Origin: Mobula birostris
Taxonomy: Eukaryota
NCBI RefSeq assembly: GCF_030028105.1
Contig: NC_092380.1
Location: 70,181,717-70,245,716 of the forward strand
Direction: 5' to 3'
Length of the DNA stretch: 64,000 nt
The notes beneath the pieces were generated by a model, which saw nothing but the letters and a program-made list of their open reading frames with translations, did not search any database and was not told the origin of the DNA. Positions 1-10,437 of the stretch are shown here, one piece after another. The position numbers were made by a program, and so were the translations under genes. Positions within the stretch are counted from its first letter, which is position 1. Every line of letters starts with the position of its first letter.

Positions 1-920
1 ATTTAAAAAAAAAAGATATGGGCAGAGAAATGGCAGATAGAGTTTAATACAGCTAAGTAATAAGTTTCACAATTTGGGAACTCAAATATGAAGGGATAGT
101 ACATTCTTAATGGCAGAATCTTTAACAACATTGATCTACAGAGGGATTTTGTGACCCAAGGCCACAGTCTCTTAAAACGGCACAGGTTGATAGGGTGGTA
201 AGGAAGTACATGGCACACTTGTCTTTATTAGTTGAGGCATTGAGGTCAAGAGTTGATAAATTACTTTTGCAGCTTTATGAAACTCTGCTTATGCCACATC
301 TAGAGCACTGCTTCCAGTTCTGGTTGTCCCCATAATAGGAATAGAGTGGAGGGTTTGAAGAGGGTACAGAAGTGGGATGTTGCCTCAGCAAAAGAGCATG
401 TGCTACAAGGAGAGAATGGACAAACTTGGAGCAACACACAACGTGCTTGGTCAGGCAGCATCTATGAAGGGAAATGGACAGTCGGTGTTTCAGATTAAAA
501 CCATTCAAATGAACTAGGGTTGCTTTCCCTGGGGTTTCAAGGTGAGGGGAAACCTGATGGAAATTTATAAGATTATGAGAGGCAAAGATAGAATAGACAG
601 CTAGTATCTTTATCCCAGGGTCAAAGTGCCTAAAGCTGACAGGAGGCAAGTTTAAAGATGACGTGAGCAGCAGGTTTCCTTTCTTTTAATAAAAAGACAT
701 AGAGCAGTGGGTGCCTGCAATGCACTGCCAGAGGGGGTAGCAGAGGCAGATGTGATAGATGCATTTAAAAAACTCTGAGATAGACACATGAATGTGCAGA
801 GAGTTGAGGGGTAAGGACATTGTGCAGACAGAAGGGATTACTTAACTTACTAACTAATTACTAGTTTAATTAGGTTGGCACAACATCATGGGCCAAATGG
901 CTTGTTCCTATGCTGTGCTG
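1..920 (+). mobile_element. Degenerate CR1-type LINE 3' fragment (RT C-terminus and 3' UTR) containing a short Penelope-type remnant
   Basis: Conceptual translation resembles the CR1 RT tail (W..KWQIEFN, QVDRVVRK, LYETLLMPHLEHCFQFW) with stops and frameshifts. The ggtcaggcagcatcta motif at about 448-463 recurs in the Penelope remnants elsewhere in the window. Confidence 0.75.
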
Positions 921-960
921 TTCTCTGTTCACAACAGGTAATGTTTTAGAAGTCTCTTAC

Positions 961-1302
961 CCAAGACCACAATTTGTGAACTCTTTTCCGCTCTGTCAGG
1001 AGTGACAAGTACAACACAAATGTATTCTCCTGCTTCATTTAATTGGATATTTGGAAGATAAAGTGAAGCATCTCCTTTCTGTAATTCCGTTTCAAATATT
1101 TTGGCTCCATGTCGTCTAGCCACAGCTTGTCCTGCATTAAAGGTGTAGATTTCTTTCCTTTGGGATCCATACAACCACAGAACACCTACATTTGATAAGT
1201 CAAGAAGTGGCGTTCCAAAATCAGTCACTTTACATTCCAAGGTAACGTCCGTATTCAATAATACATCCTTTGGACTTCTAAAAATGGTTATATCCAACGT
1301 TT
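961..1302 (-). CDS. NCR3LG1: IgV-domain exon (exon 2) of a B7-H6/NCR3LG1-like gene (gene B)
   Basis: Acceptor tttgcatttAG at 1303-1304, donor G|GTAAGA at 959-960, 342 nt, phase 1/1, no stops. It has the canonical V-set LEC..W..EAGEYIC motif. GDASLYLPNIQLNEAGEYICVVLVTP matches human B7-H6 as recalled ([26 protein letters not shown]). Symbol means 'like'; orthology versus paralogy is not established. Confidence 0.85.
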
Positions 1303-2289
1303 CTAAATGCAAACAGAAAAATGAGGTAAGTTTATCTGCAATCACATATTGCAAATAGAAATTAAACAGATCCAAGTTATAGTGCAAGTTATGGCATTTT
1401 TTCTAGCAAACTCACAAGTCAGTAAGTTGTTCAACTCCAGGATCGCAGATTGATTTGTGGACTGAAGTGGATGCTGTATTGTTTGAAATCACAGATTTCA
1501 GATGAGTCACTAAACCTTCAGCAACGTAATATGAAGATACAAAATTCCTCATCAATATTAAATAAGTCCCTCAGCACTACCTTGAACATAAACTTTAGTC
1601 AACATTACTAACATCTCAGGTAGTAAAGGTTAAATAATGGGTTGACCTAAAGTCTGGTTTGTGTGAATGCTGGGTCTCAGGTGTTAGTAACAGTGTATAC
1701 TCTTTAAAAGGTACTTCCTTAATTGTAAAGTGCTCTGGGACATCCTAAAAGCTACTCTTTCATAAAAATCTTTTATTTAAATGGACTGGACCTGTATTAT
1801 TTCCAATACTTGGTTCCAAAGTATTGTCACAGAATGGCTAAATGCAAAATACATCCCTAACTCACTGATGTGCCACACTGTAAATGAGTCATCATTTGGG
1901 AAGGGTTGAGGTGCTTACTCACAGGAAGTTAGGGGGCAATTACCTTAAAAAGGATTGCATAGTGCTGTAATTTCACCACAGGACTGTATTTTGATTTGAT
2001 GCAAAGAATAAATTGTACCTTTTAATCAATTTAGGATAAAAATGCATTAGCGGCTGCAGATGGATGCTTTGATCTCAATGCACAACACCAAGTGCAATGA
2101 CTTCCCCAACAACAAATGCACAACACTAACTTAGCTGGATTAACAACAAACGGAGCACTAAGATCTGCACTGAGCACTGCTGAACAATTTTGGCCCGAGA
2201 CAGAGACCAGTGTACTGGTTTTGTGTTTCCTAGCTACTTAAATGTACATTCTGTTGGTCAAGGAAGAAGTAACTCAACATTTTCAGAAA

Positions 2290-2560
2290 TGACTGCATGT
2301 TACAGTAGCACAGAAGTCTAAATTACTGGATGAGTAATTAAGAGGTCTGAACTAATAATTCAGAGACCAAGTTCAAATCTGAACAGCAACTGTGGAACAG
2401 AAATGCAGTAAATAATCTGGAAGCTAGAAAAAACAAGGCTTAGTATTTCTAACACTAGGCTGTATTCTCTAATGCACTTTTTGGGAGAAAACTGACATCT
2501 TTACCTGGGCTGGTCTATGTGTGATTCCAAAGCCACCCCACGCAGTTGACTTTTTGCAGT
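2290..2560 (+). mobile_element. Old SINE relic, Deu-domain (SacSINE1-like) candidate
   Basis: Degenerate B-box (gttcaaatc) followed by aataatctggaagctag ... tttacctgggctggtctatgtgtgattcca ... gttgact, resembling the shark DeuSINE body as recalled. Confidence 0.5.
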
Positions 2561-2599
2561 CCACCACAGTATCAAACAAGTTACTTTATACCAGAATTA

Positions 2600-3400
2600 G
2601 GTTTAATACCACTGATACTGTATGTGTCACAAATTCTTGTTTTGCAGCAGCCGTACAGTGCAGTAAGTACTATAAATTACAGTAAGAAATATCGATTAAA
2701 AATGGCTGCAGCTCTGTGTCCAGAGTCAGGGGGAGAGATGTTTCTTGAAGCAAAGTGCACAGCAGTCCCTGAAACCTCTCTAATGCTGCAATCTTGCTCA
2801 AGGTCTTGAATTTTATTTTCCAGAGACTGTACATTAGCCAGCGGGATGGTAGGGAGTAGGGGCCTCAGGGCCCCGTGTTTCAATTTTACAGGCAGCTTAA
2901 CCTGCTTTCCAAATTTCCTTTCTCTGAAAGGGAAACTGCACTTGTGACCCCACTCTGCAGTCTGGAGTCTGCTGCTTTGACTATCGACAGCTTTTTAAAA
3001 CATGTCAAGGCAATATTGCTTATTGAAGTACTCATGGGATTGACTGGATTTCAACTGTAGTAGCCCGAAACAGGGATATTTGATCATTCGCTTCAGAGCC
3101 ACACCCAAAGCCACTTTCTGATGCTGTCTTTTTGATTACCATTACCATAAAGTCCGATCAGGTTGGTAAATTTGTTTATTATTGTCACATATATCAAGGT
3201 ATAGTGGAAAACCCGTCTTACATACCATTTATGCAGATCAATTCATTACAGCAGTGCCTTGAGGTAAATAACAAAATGCAGAATAAAGATTACATTTACT
3301 GAGAAAGTGTCGTGCAGGCAGAGAATAAGGAGCCAGGCCATGACAAGGGAAGTTGTGAGTCTGAGAGTCAATCTTACTGTGCTAGGAAACCCGTCTTATA
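2600..3400 (-). mobile_element. Rex1/Babar-type non-LTR fragments (non-autonomous)
   Basis: ORF 2677-2883 reads LPTIPLANVQSLENKIQDL, typical of the endonuclease N-terminus of Rex1/Babar elements. The adjacent sequence resembles their 3' UTRs. Confidence 0.55.
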
Positions 3401-4534
3401 ACAGCAAGATAGAACATGTCACTTTCAGAGTGAACAGGAAGTCAGAGCAGGGCAGGGCATTCACAGTGAATGCTAGGAACCTAAAAGTACATAGTTCCCT
3501 GAAAGTGGCAAGATGGAAAACCAGGGTGCCAAAGGCAGCATTCTGAGCACTGCCCTCAGCAGTCAGCACATTGAATACAAGTGTTGGAACCTTGTACTGT
3601 GTTTGGACAAGATGATGAAGATACACTTGGAATATTGTGTACAAATTTGGGTACATTGTTATAGGAATGACACCATTAATCTGGGAAGAACGCAGAAAAA
3701 ATGTATAAGTATGTTGCTAGAGAAACCTCTTTTTACTGGGAGTCTCTGTAAATGCAGCTTGATAGCCCTTCACTAACAGCCACTGGACTCCACAGCAAAG
3801 AAACCACCTTTCTCATGCTCCGTATGTATAGGGTGTATACGACTTTGGTCCCGCCAAACCCATGAGGTTGGGATGACTTGCCCACCTAAACTCTGGTTTG
3901 TGTGAATGCTGTGTGATTTACTGACACCACATCGCCCCCCCGCCATCCCCCAGGCAATCGCTGTTGGCAAGAAATAACAGACCGTACACTGCATACAATT
4001 ACAATGAAGTATAATCAACAATGTTAACTTAACCTAACAGTTATTAAAGTAAGCGAAACAAAAAATGGTCCATCATAACTAAACAGTCAATTGTGCACAG
4101 AAGTTGGAGCTCATCTTGAGTTGTCTACTTCAAGCACTGGACCCTCGGCTGAGTGAAAACACACACCGCCTTCCAAATGTCGCTCGAAATTCATCTCGAA
4201 CAAACGGGATCTCCCACAGAAGTATTGGTCCTTCCTCCTGGAACCCATTCATCTGCACAAAGCACCTTGTGCAACAGGGACAGCATCCTCAGCCATCTTC
4301 CTTCATGTCTTCTCTCAGTTATTGCCAAAAAGACCTCAACCAACACCATTGCCCTTCAAAAAAAACCTCTCCACACATCGTTCTCTAGAATCTCCCAATT
4401 CCACCATCCTGATTGGCTGACACCACATTGCTAAGGTCAACAACAAAGTCCCTTATCTCAGCTCAAACCCAAATAGGCTGAAAGCAGAACAGACTGCTCT
4501 ACAGAACTGCTGAAATGGAATATCTACAGCATAG

Positions 4535-4775
4535 CTGGTCGCACAGTGACATCAGCGCCGGACTCCGGAGCGAAGGTTCCCCAGTTCGAATCCAGTCGGG
4601 CATGCTTTCCATCCGTGCTGGGTTGAGTGTCGAGCTTGCAACTCGGCCTCGTTAAAGAAAACTGTGCTGTGAGAGGACGTGGGGGACCACTCACAGAATC
4701 TTTCCTCCAAAACAATCACTTGGAAAAAAAAGTGGTCGCCGAGGCTCTGGCAGAGTATGGCACACACAAAAGAAA
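4535..4775 (+). mobile_element. tRNA-derived SINE inserted in the left Gypsy LTR
   Basis: A-box-like tggtcgcacagtg, B-box GTTCGAATCC at 4584-4593, A-rich tail, and a 9-bp TSD ACAGCATAG (4526-4534 and 4776-4784). CpG-rich, so probably young. Confidence 0.85.
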
Positions 4776-6962
4776 ACAGCATAGTAGTAAAAATAGTCAT
4801 GTCCTCATGACTTTGAAACTTATCAACCCGTCATTAACAACACAGTTTTCAAAGGAATTTCGTGGTGTCAGGACCTCCAATCCATTTGTGAATGGTAGTG
4901 ATATATCTCACTGGGGGAAGGATGCAACACTCTGTTTCCCCAGTGCATCATAAGCCAGCCTATCTAAGGGTGTCTGAACTCTGAGACCTCCGTATCCCAT
5001 CTTCAGCTCCTCCAGCTTCAACCACTTCTTGTGACCCTTCCTGTCTACTACAGGATGCCTCCCCATTTGTCCTCATGTCTTTCAGCGGCTCAGATCCCCC
5101 TGCTCCATGACCAATTTAACTTCCGTCAGTTTAGGCTGGTGAAGCTGAACATCCCTCCACTGGTGCTAACCGGCGAGACCTCTCGGAAAGGGGTGTCCTC
5201 AGTTGCTCCAATAGTGTGGCAAGCATTCCTGGTGTAACCAATATCAGACTCATCTGTAGAAAATGCATCTTGGCATCCCAACATCTTCACAGTTAATTTT
5301 CTTTTCCATTCCTTGGCCGCACCAGCAAATTTGGGGGATCCTGTCACTCTAGCTCCTCCTCCAGGACATAGCATGAGAGATTTAAACTAGATGCAACACA
5401 CAGTTCCTTGTTTCTGTCCATCATCCTGCTTAGGAGAAACTTTCAGCCTCTCAAAAGCAGCTCTGAGCACAGGGTGAATGGACAAGGTTTTCAATAAGTT
5501 CTCTCCAGTTCTCTCCTAGCATGCTCCCAGGAGCCTTCTCACAACGGTAGCATTTGTTCCCACTAGGATGGAAGCTCCAGCCCTTTCAACTGGATCCGGG
5601 CAGACCAACGCTGGTGTGTCAATAGTCTTAGTTACTCCAACATCTGCTTCCGAAAACTCCAGCTTCAACAAGGAGTGACCATCGTATGGGTACTCATCAA
5701 CACAAACTCCCGAATGTCAAGGGCACTGAGTGGTGTCAAAGGTAAATGTGTCAAATACTGCTTGTAAAAGGATTTATAAAGCAAAGTAACTTGAGAACCT
5801 GTGTCAAGTATGGCTCCAGCATAAATACCTTCAATCCGTTACGGATACAGCAGAGCTTGATACCACTGAACCTTCAGGAATAGTGTTTGATACTTTAGCA
5901 TTTCTCTTAATACACTGACAGGAATGTTTCATGTAAATGTCAGCCCATTCCTTTACTGGGTCCCTCCATTTTAAATTTTTTTCTTCTCTGTTTGCTTAAC
6001 CGCTGATTTACTTTCCTAAGATTTTCTTGTCCTTCACACTCCCTCTTGAACTGTCCATCTTCTCCACAGTTGTAACAGAAAACAGCGGTCACTTCCCTGG
6101 TCACAGGACACCGCTCAGCAGCAGCCTTTACCTTGGTACGTCCCACCAGTGGGTCTGACTTCTTATCGGCCTAGTCAGGCTCGGTGGCAGCACCAACTGA
6201 TATCATCCGAAATACCTTGGCCCTCAGATCTTTCCCGACATCCTACAAGATTCTGTTTGTGTGGTATCAGGGGTCACTTTAGCGCCAGAGGCTACTACCA
6301 AAGACTGTGCCCCACTGACGGAGGCCTCCCACTCCTCCACTGCATTTTCCTCCTCTCTTCTATGAGTAATTCAGTAAAAGATGGAGAATGCCACATCTTG
6401 TGGGTCATTTGAATATGTAGAGCAATTAAATCATGTGACAATGTGCCCTTCACAACTTGCTCCAGCAATCAATTTCTCTCAGACAGGTGAATGCCCCCTT
6501 TGTGGCACAAACAGTGCAGCAGCTTCCCCAACCTGAAAATGTAGGCAGACAACTTGTCTCCTTCCTCCTGGAGCGTGTCTTTAGACGTCTTCCTAAGATC
6601 GGCTGCACTTCCAGCAGTGCCAAAAGCATCTTTCAGAGCTTGCAGATAATTAGCTGATGTGGCCAATGGATTTTCTGCCTTGAGGAACCTCACCATATCA
6701 GCTGCCGGCCCCTTTGAACTCTCTACCAGTCTCTATTCATCTGGGCTGCGGGTGTCCACCCCGCTCAGAACAGAAGCATCAGATACGGGCAATATCTCTG
6801 AATTGCACCAGCGCTTAATCCCTGCGCTGTCCACAATCATGTATCTTAATCACTTTCCCGGACAGTAGTTAAAGACAGGCTTAAACACAAACCCACTTAA
6901 TCAATTCTCAGGGCAATCACACTACGTTCAATGAAATCAATCTAAGATGATAGCCCCGGCAA

Positions 6963-7786
6963 TGAAACCCCTTTTTGCTGGGCTCCTCTGGAAACTCAGC
7001 TTCTTGACCCCTTGCTAACAGCCACTGGACTCCACGGCAAGGAAACCATCTTTCTCAGGCTCCGTACGTCTAGGGTGTATGCAACTTTGGTCCTGCTAAA
7101 CCCATGAGATTGGGATATCTCACTCACCCAAACCCCTGTTTGTGTGAATACTGTGTGATTTACCGCCCCCCACCCCATCGTCGTTGCCAAGAAATAACAG
7201 ACTGTACACTGCATACAATTACAAAGAATACATAATTAAGAATGTTAACTTAAGCTAACCATTATTAAAGAAAAAAAAGCAAAAGGGCCCATCATAACTA
7301 AACAGTCAAACGCGCGCATAAGTAGAAGGTCATCTTGCAGTTGCCTAACTCACGTGCTGGACCCTTAGTCTGCGTGAAAGTACACACCACCTTCCAAATG
7401 TCGCTCGAAATCCATCTCAAACAAATGGGTTCTCCCACGGGAGTATTGGTCCTTCCTCTTTGAAACCATTGATCTGCACAAAGCACCTTGTGCAACAGGG
7501 ACGGCATCCTCAGCCATCTTCCCTTCTGTCTGCTCCCAGCTCCCACCAAAAAGAGGTCGACCCACACCTGTATCCCTCAAAAAAAATCCTCTCTGCCCAG
7601 CGTTCTCTAGAACCTTTTCCCAATTCCACCATCCTGATTGGCTGACACCACATTCCTAAGTTGAAGAGCAAAGCCCCTTATTTCAGCCCATACCCAAAAA
7701 AGGCTGACAGCAGAACAGACTGCTTATAGAACTGCTAAGATGAAATATCAACAGCACAGCAATTAAACACTTAACAGGGTGTTACA
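6963..7786 (-). repeat. 5' LTR of the PNMA-type Gypsy
   Basis: Bounded by tgaaaccc...gtgttaca. Co-linear with 3721-4534 at roughly 80% identity by eye. Confidence 0.85.
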
Positions 7787-8461
7787 CCAGTAAATGTGGG
7801 TCTGAGGCTATAGGGGAAGGTTGACCAAGTTAAGACTTTATTTCTTGGAACCAAAGAGACTGAGAGGAGCCTTATGGAGGTGGACAAAATCATGAGGGCT
7901 ATGGATATGGTGAATGCCATACCTTGGTCTTGGTCTTTCTCCCAAGGAAAGGGACTCAGAGAGGAAGACATCGGTTTAAGATGGGAAGGGAGAGATTTAA
8001 AAGGGACCCGAGGGGCAACTTCTTCACAGAGTCAGATGTATATGGAACAAGCTGACAGAAGTTGTCGAGGCAGGTACAATAACAATTTAAACACAATTTG
8101 AACAGGTTCATGGATAGAAAATGTATAAGGGATACAGATCAAACACAGGCAAATGGGATGAGCTATGATGGGCATCTTGGCACAAGATGGACTGAAGGAC
8201 ATGTTTCTGTACTGTATGGCTGCCGTGTAGCAACGTGCCAGAAGCCACACTGGTTTCCCCTGCCATCGGAACGTAGATCATTCCAATGAAACGGTTCGTA
8301 AGCTGAAATGTCGTAAAGTGAAGAAGCAAGTACCATTTATTAATATGGGAAATATTTTTGAGCGTTTCCAGACCCAAAAAATAACCTACCAAATCATGCC
8401 AAATAACACATAAAACCTAAAATAACAGTAACATATAGTAAAAGCAGGAATGATATGATAA

Positions 8462-8800
8462 ATACACAGCCTATATAAAATAGAAATACTTTTTGCAATA
8501 ATTTAAGTACTGTCTAGCGCAGCAAAAATCACACGCATGCGCTCTCGGCGGAAGCACCTTTAAGCTATGAGGCTGCCAAATCGCACCAAATAACAAATCA
8601 TACTAAATGACACAAAAATACACAGCCCATATAAAGTAGAAATACTTTTTGCAATAACTGAAGCACAGTCTAGCGCAGTGAAAATCTCACGCATGCGCTC
8701 TCGGTGGAAGCACTCCAGTAACCTTTAAGCTATGAGGCTGCCAAATCATACCAAATAACAAATCATACTAAATGACACAAAATACACAACCTATATAAAG
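8462..8800. repeat. About 155-bp tandem duplication (two copies plus a partial third) inside the Tigger
   Basis: The unit atacacagcctatataaaatagaaatactttttgcaata...gctatgaggctgccaaatc...aatgacacaaa is repeated. The corresponding region of the second Tigger has a single copy. Confidence 0.85.
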
Positions 8801-10437
8801 TAGAAATAATGTATGTACAGTGTAGTTTCACTTACAGGAATCGGGATGGTATTTTAGGCTGAGTCGTCGGAAGTTGGGGTGGTGGGAGGTAGAGGAATCT
8901 GGGGTGTCATCTCATCGTAGTCTATTTCCAATAGGGCAGCCAGGTCATCTTCTATCTCTGCCCGCCTCGATGTCGAAGGTCGAGGTTCGTCGTCTGCTGT
9001 GGCTGATGTGCAAGGCTTGAAAAACGACAGTGTACTTGACTGCTGAGCCTCGCGCATTTTTAGATCATACAGTTCTTTGTAAGCACTCAAAACATCCTGC
9101 AAACCTGCCCTAAACCTATGTGCCCTTTCAAAATTAAAGTCAGACTTTTCTGCAATCATTGCAGCGCTGTCAATCGCAGCGAAAATCTCACGCAACTGCT
9201 TCACGTTCAGTCCTTGGACGACTTCATTTTCGCTACTGCGTTCCGTTTCGATTGTTATCCTTTCCTCTTGCAATTGCATCCGCTCTTCATCTGTCAATTC
9301 TTGGTCATGGGATACCAAAACCTGTTCAACATCATCTTCGTCAACTTCCACAAACCCAGCCTCCTTAGCCAAGCTCACTATTGTCGTATTTATTGTTGAT
9401 GGTTCGAAGCCTTTAAAATCGTTCACTGCTTCGGGACTGCTACGTACCCCGTAACTGGTTTGCCAAACCAGCAGAAATGGACCACTTAGTCGGAGTCTGG
9501 ATTACCGGAACTAAGAAAGTTTTATTAAAGAGATAAGTAACACAGGTACTCTAATCCTAAGGATATAAATGCAACAGGTTAGCAATGATAAAACACACAT
9601 GTACACAGAACTAGGAAAATAGGAATCAATCAAGCTCTATCGCAGTCTAGGGGTAAAATGATCAGTCTCAAGTGACGCAGAGTTCAGTTCAGCTTAGTAC
9701 AGTTCGCAGTAATCGCTGTTGTGCTGTTGGAGAGAGAGAGAGAGAATATGCAAATTCTGATTCAAACAGACCTTTGCTCTTCGCAGTTAGCTTTCGGGCG
9801 AACCCTTTTACTGTCTTCTGTGGTCACCGACTGTGACCCCTCCGTTCCAGATACGACCGTTCTTCCGTGGTGAACCCGGCACCCAGGCAAGGGCAGACAC
9901 ACACACCAGGTTCCCGCCGATCGTACCTTTTCACCCTGTGCGTCTATGGTGGGTCCCGCGACCAGAACTCCAAACTCCCACCAATTTATGGGGGCACACC
10001 TCTTTTCCAGGGTCTCGTTATCTCGTGATCTCGTGGTGTCTGTCTTGCCTTAGCGAACCTGTTCTTTTTATCCCCCTGCTGGGGTATCGCCTGTCCATCA
10101 AACTTCAAACAGTTCAGGTTCAAAGCAACCGGTCTGTCAATACTCGGAACTGTGTCTCTTTTCGTTAATCTCTCTCCTCTCTCATTAACATTTTGAACGC
10201 TTCTCCATTTGTCTCTCTTATTTCTCTCATCAGCATCAATCTTCTGATAACATGGTTTTTCGTCACACCCCTACCCTTCAAAGGATTTTTACCGGGGTAA
10301 AAATTATAGGCATGAAAACATTATTAGATACACACTAATATACAGGGTCATCAGTTATTCAGCTAATACAGAGAACTTTAAGTTGTCAACACCTTGACAG
10401 ACAGTCAGCCATCACCTTTCCATTCCTTTTATATGTG

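Larger units (their letters stand above)
3721..7786 (-). mobile_element. Degenerate Ty3/Gypsy LTR retrotransposon with PNMA-like gag and protease, no RT or IN seen
   Basis: Direct repeats at 3721-about 4800 and 6963-7786 (TG...CA on the right copy), with a 4-bp TSD CTAG (3717-3720) / CCAG (7787-7790). PNMA-like gag ORF 6469-6696, zinc knuckle CYNCGEDGQFKREC (5940-6146), and a protease-like ILDTGSQ motif near 5840-5860. Confidence 0.85.
3430..8220 (+). mobile_element. CR1 3' fragment split by the Gypsy insertion (pieces about 3430-3720 and 7787-8220)
   Basis: HLEYCVQIW...TQKKCISML on the left continues as YRGRLTKLRL...EVDKIMR on the right of the LTR element. Confidence 0.75.

Noticed and set aside
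4535-4600. tRNA gene
   Set aside because: A and B boxes are present but there is no convincing cloverleaf. It is followed by a SINE body and tail and flanked by a 9-bp TSD.
8854-9426. Domesticated TIGD1-like gene (also ZMYM1-like at 17917-18789, GTF2IRD2-like at 42334-42771 and PNMA-like at 6469-6696)
   Set aside because: Each is a fragment with stops or frameshifts lying inside or next to TIRs, LTRs or TSDs, so these are transposon relics rather than host genes.
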